From Mobula hypostoma (lineage: Eukaryota), in the NCBI RefSeq assembly GCF_963921235.1, contig NC_086097.1, positions 33,420,001-33,484,000 on the forward strand: a stretch of DNA of 64,000 nucleotides, read 5' to 3'. Each line of letters begins with the position of its first letter. Within the stretch, counting starts at the first letter, position 1. Below are positions 49,164 to 60,500 of the stretch, in pieces. Position numbers and translations under genes: made by a program. The notes beneath the pieces are model-generated. The model saw only the letters and a list, made by a program, of their open reading frames with translations. It was not told the origin of the DNA and did not search any database.

Positions 49164-50316
49164 GTAAGTACCTTATGAAACCCTGCCCAACCACGCTGTG
49201 GGGCCCCCTTTGTCTAATCTTCCAGAAGGCGGCAAGTGGAAGTCAGGATGGGTGTTACTTCCGATTGACTGTGGCTGTCCATGACACCCCCCAGCCCTCA
49301 CCTTGAGTATCTGAATACCATCATTCCCTATTCCCACCACCCTCCTCGTTCACCACCCCTTCTCACCCTGTGCTATTATCCCCTTCCCCCACTCCCCCAT
49401 ATCTCCATCACCCTCAACCACCTGCTTTCCCCTCTGTCTTTCCCCCAACCTTCTCCTCACCACCCTCTGTCCCCTCCTCCTCCAGCTGCCAATCCTCCTG
49501 CCAAGTGAGGGGATTTGTGTGTGTGTGTGTGATGGGGGGGGTGGGTGTGAGATGCCAGGTGTGAGTGTGAAAGCTTTAGAGAGGGTGTTACGGGGATTTA
49601 CCAGGATGCTGCCTGGACTGGAGGGCATGTCTTATCAAGATAGGTTAATGAACTAGGGCTTTTCTCTTTGGAGCGAAGGAAGTTGAGAGATGACTTAATA
49701 GAAGTGCATAAGATGATAAAGAGGCATTGATCAAGTGAATCGCCAGATACTTTTTCCCAGCACTGAAATGACTAATACGAGGGGTCATGATTTTAGGAAG
49801 ACTGGAGGGAAGTATAAAGAGGATGTTTGGGGTAGTCCTTCCCAAAGAGAGTGGTGGGTACGTGAAACTTGCTGCCAGGGGTGGTGGTAGAGGTAGATGT
49901 ATTAGGGACATTTAAGAAACTCTTCAATAGACACACGGTTGATAGAAAAATGGAGGGCTATGTAGGAGGGAAGGGTTAGATTGATCTTAAAATAGGTTAT
50001 AATGTTGGCACAACATCAAATACCGTGCTGTGATGATGTTCTTAATGTTGTGTGTGAGAGCGAGATGCCAGGTGTTTGTGTGTAATGCTGTGACAGGTGA
50101 GATGTGTACACTGTGAATGTGAACCTGTACTGTTTTGTACACTAGTGATGTGCACTGGGTGGAGAAGGTTTGTCGAGAAGGGAGGGGGTGTTGGTTTGGT
50201 GGTTGCTTGCTGCACACGGCTTTAATTAACTTTTCCGTGAAAGGGTTCATTCAAACTGTGCCCGGGCACCATTCCGGACTGTATGTATGATCCTAATCCT
50301 AGTTTGTCCTCTCCAG

Positions 50317-50363
50317 CAACCGATTGAGGCCCCAGAGCCCTGAGGACTCAGATGATGATGGAG
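50317..50363 (+). CDS. IFT43: IFT43 coding exon 5
   Basis: TCCTCTCCAG acceptor. (D)NRLRPQSPEDSDDDG (cf. human FRLRPQSLNGSDYGG). Donor GTGAGT, phase 2/1. The following DIPxIPDL exon is not seen in the window. Confidence 0.92.
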
Positions 50364-50999
50364 GTGAGTGTGGAGGTGCTGTGGATCGGGGGGGGGGTGT
50401 GGGGTGGTGCTGGGTCAACACTGAACTAGGATATCCTCATCAACAACCACAGAATAAACTGTACAGCCACATACCTCCCCCACCATGGTAGTTGTTCAAT
50501 TTTCTGTCTGAATCCAAAGGGCAAAATAAGTTATAAGAGCTGAATGTATCCTCTAAGTAACACATTAGGATCAAGAGCACACTTCACTCTGCCGCCTGTT
50601 TACTGATGAGGTTCTGCTGTATATCATCAATTGGTTGTGAAATGGAATTTTTGCCTTTGTTTAAGCCGCTGTGCTTGCTCTCTCATTCTTAGCTGTTAGG
50701 CTGAGGCTGGGACTGTGACTGTGAATATATTGCACAATCATGTGTCGAATAAAAAAGAGCTTTTCATAAAGTGGCTCGAAATGAGATTAGAATTTGCAAC
50801 CTAATGTAAAATAGCTGGCGCCTAATGCAAGCCATCTGTCTTCTGTGTTGAGGGTGGTACTGAAGTACTTAGTTTCCGTGATGAAGGGGTTTGATGAGAT
50901 CAGGCACTCGATACCGGCCAGGATGCAGCTGCAACCTGTTGCTGCCGGGTGTGAGAAAGGTCCGTTCATCAGAGAATGCTAGCAGCCCAGCAGCTGACA

Positions 51000-51540
51000 C
51001 AGTGTGGAAACCCTCACTCTGTGTCAAACCCCGGGAGTGTGTGATGGGACAGTGTAGACGGAACTTCACTTTGTGCTTGACCCTGGGAGTGTATGATGGG
51101 ACAGTGTAGACGGAACTTCACTCTGTGCTTGACCCTGGGAGTGTATGATGGGACAGTGTAGACGGAACTTCACTTTGTGTCTGACCCCGGGAGTGTGTGA
51201 TGGGATAGTGTGGAGGGAGTTTCACTCTGTGTGATCCCAGGAGTATATGATAAGACAGTGTGGGAACCTTCAGTCTATGTCTGAGCCTGGGAGTGTACGA
51301 TGAGACAGCGTGGAGGGAGTTTCACTCTGTGTCTTACCCTGAGAGTGTGTGATAGATGGTGTAGAAGGAGCTTCGCTCTATGCCTATCCCCAGGAGTGCA
51401 ATGGGACAGTGTAGAGGGAGCTTCATTCTGTGTCTGTTCTCAGAAGTGTGTAATGAGACAGTGGTCTGTGTCTGACCACTGGAGTGTGTGATGAGACAGT
51501 GCAGAAACCTTCAGTCTGTGTCTGACCCTGGAAAAGTGTG
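51000..51540. repeat. 52-bp satellite array
   Basis: GGGAGTGT recurs at 51033, 51085 and 51137 (period 52); about 10 copies. Confidence 0.9.
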
Positions 51541-51646
51541 AAGAGAATTGGAATTAGTTCATTATCATATGTCGTAAGGTACAGTGAAAAGATTGCCTTT
51601 CATACTCAAACAATAGAAAATCTGCAGATGCTGGAAATCAGGATCC

Positions 51647-51684
51647 GAGACCTGACGAAGGGTCTTGGCCTGAAACGTTGACTG
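51647..51684 (+). ncRNA. Hammerhead ribozyme motif copy (core intact, stem I weakened)
   Basis: GAGAC-CUGACGA-AGGGUCUUGGCCU-GAAAC-GUU-GACUG. Confidence 0.6.
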
Positions 51685-53179
51685 TACTCTTTTCCATCTG
51701 AGTTCCTCAGCACTTTGCGTGTGTTGCTTGGATTTCATACTGTTCATACAAATCATTACACAATGCATTGAGGTTGTACAAGGTAAAACAATAATGGAAT
51801 GCAGAATAAAGTATAATAGCGATAGAGAAGATGTAGTGCAGGTAGACAACAAGTTGCAAAATCATAATTTAGATAATGAGGTCCAGAATCTATCTTATTG
51901 TACTAGAGAACCAGACGCTGTCCTTGAGCAACACACATAAAAGTTGCTGGTGAACGCAGCAGTCCTTGAGGCTGGTGGTACATGCTTTTAGGCCTGAGGG
52001 GAGGAGGAGGAAGAACAGTCCAGGTCTAGGATTATGCTGTCTGCTTTACTGAGGTAGTGAGATGTACAACCAGTCTTAGAGGGTTTCACAGATGTGCTGA
52101 ACCGTGTCCACAGCTCACTGCAGTTTCTTGTGGTCATGTGCAGAGCAGTTGCCGTACCAAGCTGTCATGCATCTGGATGGAATGCTTTCTATGGTACATT
52201 GATAAAAGTTGTAAGGGCCAGTGGGTACAAGCCAAATTCGTTTTGCCGCCTAAGGAAGTAGAGGTGTTAATGAGATTTCTTGGCCATGGTATCTATATGA
52301 TTGGACCAGGACCGACTACTGGTTATATTCACTCCTAGGAACTTGAAGCTCTCAATCTTCTCAGCCTCAACACCATTGCTGTAGACGGGCATGTGCACCA
52401 CCCCTTTCTGAAGTCAAAGAGTGGCTCTCCTATTTTGCTGATGCTGAGGGAAAGATTGTTGTCATGACACCATGTCACTAGGCTCTCTATCTTGTTCTTG
52501 TACTCCAACTCATTGTTATGTATTGGATAGGCACATGGATGAAAGTAAAATGGAGGGTTATGGGAACTGTAGGGTGGAAAGGTTAGATTGATCATGGGGT
52601 AGGGTTAAAAGTTTGGCACAACATCATGGTTCTGTTTTCTTATTTGCAATGCGGCCCACTACATGGTATCATCTGCAAACGTAGGTGCTGTTAAGCAGAA
52701 CCTGGCCATGTGGTCATGAATGTACAAGGAGTAGAGGGCTTAGGGCGCAACCTTGTGGAGCACCAGAGTTTAGAATAATTGTGGCAATTACTTGCTGATT
52801 GCAGTCTGTTGTTCAGGAAGTCAAGGGAGACTCCCAGGGTCTGGAGTTGGTGACGTTTGCTTGAAATTAGAGTAGTAAAGATGGAGATGTAGTTAACAAA
52901 CAATTGTCTAACATAACTGTCTTTACAGGATGAGTGCAGGACCAGTGAGAGGATGTCTGCTTAGATCTGTTTCAGCAGTAGAATTGCAGTGGGTCAAGAT
53001 TATCTAGAAAGCTGGAGTCGATCATGCCATGACCAGTCTCTTGAAGCACTTCACAATGATAAATGTCAGAGCCACTGGCAAGTAGGTGTTGAGATATATT
53101 AACAATTTTCATTGGCACCAGGATGATAGTGGTATTCTGAACCAGCTGGGAGCCACAGATCGAAGCAGGGAAAGGTTAA

Positions 53180-54270
53180 AAGGGACAGTGTGTAGAGGGA
53201 GCTTGACTCTGTGTCTGACAGCAGGAGTGTGTACTGGGGAGTGTTGAGGGAGTTTTGCTCTGTGTCTAATCCCAGGAGTGTGTGATGAGACAGTGCAGAA
53301 GGAGTTTCAACCTTTGACCCCTATCCTGGAAATGTCAGATGAGATGGTATAGAGGGAGCTTCACTCTGTATCTGACTCTGAGAGTGTGGATGGCATGGTG
53401 TAGAGGGACCTTGACCGTGTGTCCTATCCCAGGAGTGTGTGATGAGGCAATGTCGAGGGAGCTTCACTCTGTCTTTGGCCCTGTGAGTGTGTATGGGATG
53501 GTGTAGAGGGGCCTTGACTCTATGTCCGATCCTGGGACTGTGTGATGGGACAGTGTGGAGGAGGCTTCACTCCTTGTCTGACCCCAGGAGTGTGTGATGG
53601 GACAGTGTGGGGGAGGCTTCACTCTTTGACTGACCCCGGGAGTGTGTGATGGGCGAGTGTAGAGGGAGCTTCACTCTGTGGCTGACCTGGGAGGGTCTGA
53701 TGGGATGGTGTGACGGGAGCTTCTCTCTGTGCCTGTCCCTGGGAATGCGTGCTGGGACAGTGTCAAGGGAATTTCCCTCTGTATCTGACTCAGGAGTGTA
53801 GGCTGAGATGATGTGGAAGAAGCTTTATTCTGTCTGACTCCTTCCACCCTGACAGTGTCTGTTGTGATGGTGTTGAGGGAGCTTGACTCTGTGTCTAACC
53901 CTGGGAGTGTGGAGGGGGCTTCACTCTGTCGGACCCCAGGAGTGTTTGATAGGATTGTGTAGAGGGAGCTTCAGTCTGCGTATGAACTTGTGGAACGAAC
54001 TGCCAGCAATTTTTGCATGCGTGCTCAATTTCGACGTTTAAGGGAAGTTTGGATACGGACGTGGATGGTAGGGGTATGGAGGGCTGTGGCCCGGGTGCAG
54101 GTCGATGGGAGTAAGCATTTTAAATGGTTCAGCATAGATTAGATGGGCCAAAGGGCCTGGTTCTGTGCTGTAGTTTTCTATAACTCTACGAACCTGGGAG
54201 TGTGTGATGGGACAGTGTGGTGGGAGCTTCACTCTGTATTTGATCCCGGGAGTGTGTGACCTAACGGTGT
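53180..54270. repeat. 52-bp satellite array interrupted by a CR1 3' piece (about 53985-54190)
   Basis: Same unit as 51000-51540. Confidence 0.9.
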
Positions 54271-54599
54271 GGAGGATTATTTACTGGTCAAATCTGTCAG
54301 ACTGTTTTGTGTCTCAGTATCAACTGATTCTCTTGCAGATATCATGGTATAAATGACAGCATTTACCGCAGATGAGCAGTTGATTTTTTCCATTTTCTAG
54401 AATGCGTTTTCCATTACTGAGTGTGCTGTACACTGGTCAGGCCCTTGCCTACCCTCTCACACTTGTCACCACATATCCCTGCACACATTAACTCGCCGAC
54501 CAATGCCCACTGTGCCCAGCTCTCCAACCGGTTTCCAGACTCCCGTCTCGGCAAAGAACCCATCACCTCGGCTGTCTCTGCTGATCACCTGAGCAAGGG

Positions 54600-57500
54600 A
54601 GGTAGGGAGAGAGAGTGAGCGGAGGGATGGAGAGAGAGTGTGAGCGGAGGGATGGAGTGAGAGTCAGCAGAGGAGTGAGAGAGTGTGAGCGGAGGGATGG
54701 AGAGAGAGTGAGCAGAGAAGTGAGAGAGTGTGAGCGGAGGGATGGAGTGAGAGTGAGCGGAGGGATGGAGTGAGAGAACGGAGGGATGGAGAGAGAGTGA
54801 GTGGAGGGATGGAGAGAGAGTGAGCAGAGGGATGGAGCGAGAGTGAGCGGAGGGATGGAGAGAGAGAACGGAGGGATGGAGAGAGAGTGAGCGGAGGGAT
54901 GGAGAGAGAGTGAGTGGAGGAGTGAGTGAGTGTGAGCTGATTGAGAGAGTGAGCGGAGGGATGGAGTGAGAGTGAGTGGAGAGATGGAGAGAGTGTGAGT
55001 GGAGAGATGGAGAGAGTGTGAGTAGAGGGATGGAGAGAGTGAGCGGAGGGATGGAGAGAGTGTGAGTGGAGGAGTGAGAGAGTGTGAGCAGATGATTGAG
55101 AGAGTGAGTGGAGGGATGGAGTGAGAGTGAGCGGAGGGATGGAGAGAGAGTGAGCGGAGTGAGAGAGTGTGAGCGGAGGGATGGAGTGAGAGTGAGCGGA
55201 GGAGTGAGAGAGTGTGAGCGGAGGGATGGAGTGAGAGTGAGCGGAAGATTGAGAGAGTGTGAGCGGAGGGATGGAGTGAGAGTGAGTGAAAAGATGGAGA
55301 GAGAGTGAGCAGAGAGATGGAGAGAGAGTGAGCGGAGGGATGGAGTGAGAGTGAGCGGAGGGATGGAGTGAGAGTGAGCGGAGGGATGGAGAGAGTGAGT
55401 GGAAGGATGGAGTGAGACTGAGCGGAGGAGTGAGAGAGTGTGAGCGGAGGGATGGAGTGAGAGTGAGCGGAGGGATGGAGTGAGAATGAGCGGAGGGATG
55501 GAGTGAGAGTGAGCGAGGAATGAGTGTGAGCGGAGAGATGGAGTGAGAGTGAGCGGAGGGATGGAGAGAGAGAGTGGAGGGATGGAGAGAGAGTGAGTGG
55601 AGAGATGGAGAGAGAGAGAGCAGAGAGATGGAGAGAGAGAGGGTGAACGGAGGGAGGAGTGAGAGTGAGCGGAGGAGTGAGAGAGTGTGAGCGGAGGGAT
55701 GGAGTGAGAGAACGGAGGGATGGAGAGAGAGTGAGTGGAGAGATGGAGAGAGAGTGAGTGAAGAGATGGAGAGAGAGAGGGTGAACGGAGGGAGGAGTGA
55801 GAGGGTGAGTGAAGAGATGGAGAGCAAGTGAGCGGAGGGATGGAGAGAGAGTGAGTGGAGGAGTGAGTGAGTGTGAGCTGAGGATTGAGAGAGTGAACGG
55901 AGGGATGGAGTGAGAGTGAGTGGAGAGATGGAGAGAGTGTGAGTGGAGAGATGGAGAGAGTGTGAGCGGAGGGATGGAGAGAGTGTGAGTGGAGGAGTGA
56001 GAGAGTGTGAGCAGAGGATTGAGAGAGTGAGTGGAGGGATGGAGTGAGAGTGAGCGGAGGGATGGAGAGAGAGTGAGCGGAGGAGTGAGAGAGTGTGAGC
56101 GGAGGGATGGAGTGAGAGTGAACGGAGGAGTGAGAGAGTGTGAACGGAGGGATGGAGTGAGAGTGAGCGGAAGATTGAGAGAGTGTGAGCGGAGGGATGG
56201 AGTGAGAGAACGGAGGGATGGAGTGAGAGTGAGTGAAAAGATGGAGAGAGAGTGAGCGGAGAGATGGAGTGAGAGTGAGCAGAGGGATGGAGTGAGAGTG
56301 AGCGGAGGGATGGAGAGAGTGAGTGGAAGGATGGAGTGAGAGTGAGCGGAGGAGTGAGAGAGTGTGAGCGGAGGGATGGAGTGAGAGTGAGCGGAGGGAT
56401 GGAGAGAGAGAGCGGAGGGATGGAGAGAGAGAGCGGAGGGATGGAGAGAGAGTGAGTGGAGGGATGGAGAGAGAGTGAGTGAAAAGATGGAGAGAGAGTG
56501 AGCAGAGAGATGGAGAGAGAGTGAGTGGAGGGATGGAGTGAGAGTGAGCGGAGGGATGGAGTGAGTGTGAGCGGAGGGATGGAGTGAGTGAGCAGAGGGA
56601 TGGAGTGAGAATGAGCGGAGGGATGGAGTGAGAGTGAGCGGAGGAGTGAGTGTGAGCGGAGAGATGGAGTGAGAGTGAGCGGAGGGATGGAGAGAGAGAG
56701 CGGAGGGATGGAGAGAGAGTGAGTGGAGGGATGGAGAGAGAGTGAGCGGAGAGATGGAGAGAGAGAGCAGAGAGATGGAGAGAGAGAGGGTGAACGGAGG
56801 GAGGAGTGAGAGTGAGCGGAGGAGTGAGAGAGTGTGAGCGGAGGGATGGAGTGAGAGAACGGAGGGATGGAGAGAGAGTGAGCGGAGAGATGGAGAGAGA
56901 GTGAGTGAAGAGATGGAGAGAGAGAGGGTGAACAGAGGGAGGAGTGAGAGGGTGAGTGAAGAGATGGAGAGCAAGTGAGCGGAGGGATGGAGAGTGAGTG
57001 GAGGAGTGAGTGAGTGTGAGCTGCGGATTGAGAGAGTGAGCGGAGGGATGGAGTGAGAGTGAGTGGAGAGATGGAGAGAGTGTGAGTGGAGAGATGAAGA
57101 GAGTGTGAGTGGAGGGATTGAGAGAGTGAGCGGAGGGATGGAGAGAGTGTGAGTGGAGGAGTGAGTGTGAGCAGAGGATTGAGAGAGTGAGTGGAGGGAT
57201 GGAGTGAGAGTGAGCGGAGGGATGGAGAGAGAGTGAGCGGAGGAGTGAGAGAGTGTGAGCGGAGGGATGGAGTGAGAGTGAGCGGAGGAGTGAGAGAGTG
57301 TGAACGGAGGGATGGAGTGAGAGTGAGCGGAAGATTGAGAGAGTGTGAGCGGAGGGATGGAGTGAGAGAACGGAGGGATGGAGTGAGAGTGAGTGAAAAG
57401 ATGGAGAGAGAGTGAGCGGAGGGATGGAGTGAAAATGAGCGGAGGGATGGAGTGAGAGTGAGCGGAGGAGTGAGTGTGAGCGGAGAGATGGAGTGAGAGT

Positions 57501-60500
57501 GAGCGGAGGGATGGAGAGAGAGAGCGGAGGGATGGAGAGAGAGTGAGTGGAGGGATGGAGAGAGAGTGAGCGGAGAGATGGAGAGAGAGAGCAGAGAGAT
57601 GGAGAGAGAGAGGGTGAACGGAGGGAGGAGTGAGAGTGAGCGGAGGAGTGAGAGAGTGTGAGCGGAGGGATGGAGTGAGAGAACGGAGGGATGGAGAGAG
57701 AGTGAGCGGAGAGATGGAGAGAGTGAGTGAAGAGATGGAGAGAGAGAGGGTGAACGGAGGGAGGAGTGAGAGGGTGAGTGAAGAGATGGAGAGCAAGTGA
57801 GCGGAGGGATGGAGAGAGAGTGAGTGGAGGAGTGAGTGAGTGAGCTGCGGATTGAGAGAGTGAGCGGAGGGATGGAGTGAGAGTGAGTGGAGAGATGGAG
57901 AGAGTGTGAGTGGAGAGATGAAGAGAGTGTGAGTGGAGGGATGGAGAGAGTGAGCGGAGGGATGGAGAGAGTGTGAGTGGAGGAGTGAGTGTGAGCAGAG
58001 GATTGAGAGAGTGAGCGGAGGGATGGAGTGAAAATGAGCGGAGGGATGGAGTGAGAGTGAGCGGAGGAGTGAGTGTGAGCGGAGAGATGGAGTGAGAGTG
58101 AGCGGAGGGATGGAGAGAGAGAGCGGAGGGATGGAGAGAGAGTGAGTGGAGGGATGGAGAGAGAGTGAGCGGAGAGATGGAGAGAGAGAGCAGAGAGATG
58201 GAGAGAGAGAGGGTGAACGGAGGGAGGAGTGAGAGTGAGCGGAGGAGTGAGAGAGTGTGAGCGGAGGGATGGAGTGAGAGAACGGAGGGATGGAGAGAGA
58301 GTGAGCGGAGAGATGGAGAGAGTGAGTGAAGAGATGGAGAGAGAGAGGGTGAACGGAGGGAGGAGTGAGAGGGTGAGTGAAGAGATGGAGAGCAAGTGAG
58401 CGGAGGGATGGAGAGAGAGTGAGTGGAGGAGTGAGTGAGTGTGAGCTGCGGATTGAGAGAGTGAGCGGAGGGATGGAGTGAGAGTGAGTGGAGAGATGGA
58501 GAGAGTGTGAGTGGAGAGATGAAGAGAGTGTGAGTGGAGGGATGGAGAGAGTGAGCGGAGGGATGGAGAGAGTGTGAGTGGAGGAGTGAGTGTGAGCAGA
58601 GGATTGAGAGAGTGAGTGGAGGGATGGAGTGAGAGTGAGCGGAGGGATGGAGAGAGAGTGAGCGGAGGAGTGAGAGAGTGTGAGCGGAGGGATGGAGTGA
58701 GAGTGAGCGGAGGAGTGAGAGAGTGTGAACGGAGGGATGGAGTGAGAGTGAGCGGAAGATTGAGAGAGTGTGAGCGGAGGGATGGAGTGAGAGAACGGAG
58801 GGATGGAGTGAGAGTGAGTGAAAAGATGGAGAGAGAGTGAGCGGAGGGATGGAGTGAAAATGAGCGGAGGGATGGAGTGAGAGTGAGCGGAGGAGTGAGT
58901 GTGAGCGGAGAGATGGAGTGAGAGTGAGCGGAGGGATGGAGAGAGAGAGCGGAGGGATGGAGAGAGAGTGAGTGGAGGGATGGAGAGAGAGTGAGCGGAG
59001 AGATGGAGAGAGAGAGCAGAGAGATGGAGAGAGAGAGGGTGAACGGAGGGAGGAGTGAGAGTGAGCGGAGGAGTGAGAGAGTGTGAGCGGAGGGATGGAG
59101 TGAGAGAACGGAGGGATGGAGAGAGAGTGAGCGGAGAGATGGAGAGAGTGAGTGAAGAGATGGAGAGAGAGAGGGTGAACGGAGGGAGGAGTGAGAGGGT
59201 GAGTGAAGAGATGGAGAGCAAGTGAGCGGAGGGATGGAGAGAGAGTGAGTGGAGGAGTGAGTGAGTGAGCTGCGGATTGAGAGAGTGAGCGGAGGGATGG
59301 AGTGAGAGTGAGTGGAGAGATGGAGAGAGTGTGAGTGGAGAGATGAAGAGAGTGTGAGTGGAGGGATGGAGAGAGTGAGCGGAGGGATGGAGAGAGTGTG
59401 AGTGGAGGAGTGAGTGTGAGCAGAGGATTGAGAGAGTGAGCGGAGGGATGGAGTGAAAATGAGCGGAGGGATGGAGTGAGAGTGAGCGGAGGAGTGAGTG
59501 TGAGCGGAGAGATGGAGTGAGAGTGAGCGGAGGGATGGAGAGAGAGAGCGGAGGGATGGAGAGAGAGTGAGTGGAGGGATGGAGAGAGAGTGAGCGGAGA
59601 GATGGAGAGAGAGAGCAGAGAGATGGAGAGAGAGAGGGTGAACGGAGGGAGGAGTGAGAGTGAGCGGAGGAGTGAGAGAGTGTGAGCGGAGGGATGGAGT
59701 GAGAGAACGGAGGGATGGAGAGAGAGTGAGCGGAGAGATGGAGAGAGTGAGTGAAGAGATGGAGAGAGAGAGGGTGAACGGAGGGAGGAGTGAGAGGGTG
59801 AGTGAAGAGATGGAGAGCAAGTGAGCGGAGGGATGGAGAGAGAGTGAGTGGAGGAGTGAGTGAGTGTGAGCTGCGGATTGAGAGAGTGAGCGGAGGGATG
59901 GAGTGAGAGTGAGTGGAGAGATGGAGAGAGTGTGAGTGGAGAGATGAAGAGAGTGTGAGTGGAGGGATGGAGAGAGTGAGCGGAGGGATGGAGAGAGTGT
60001 GAGTGGAGGAGTGAGTGTGAGCAGAGGATTGAGAGAGTGAGTGGAGGGATGGAGTGAGAGTGAGCGGAGGGATGGAGAGAGAGTGAGCGGAGGAGTGAGA
60101 GAGTGTGAGCGGAGGGATGGAGTGAGAGTGAGCGGAGGAGTGAGAGAGTGTGAACGGAGGGATGGAGTGAGAGTGAGCGGAAGATTGAGAGAGTGTGAGC
60201 GGAGGGATGGAGTGAGAGAACGGAGGGATGGAGTGAGAGTGAGTGAAAAGATGGAGAGAGAGTGAGCGGAGGGATGGAGTGAGAGTGAGCGGAGGGATGG
60301 AGAGAGTGAGTGGAAGGATGGAGTGAGAGTGAGCGGAGGAGTGAGAGTGTGAGCGGAGGGATGGAGTGAGAGTGAGCGGAGGGATGGAGTGAGAATGAGC
60401 GGAGGGATGGAGTGAGAGTGAGCGGAGGAGTGAGAGTGTGAGCGGAGAGATGGAGTGAGAGTGAGCGGAGGGATGGAGAGAGAGCGGAGGGATGGAGAGA

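Noticed and set aside
51000..54270. Regularly spaced repeats as a CRISPR array
   Set aside because: Eukaryotic context, contiguous tandem units without unique spacers, no cas genes.
54339..54352. TCTTGCAG|ATATCATGGTATAA as IFT43 exon 6 (begins D-I like the expected DIP)
   Set aside because: Reads DIMV then stop, with no IPDLEE motif; at most a cryptic acceptor.
54563..59820. 1552 and 1718 aa Ser/Leu/His-rich ORFs
   Set aside because: Translations of the purine satellite, with non-ATG starts and no domain content.
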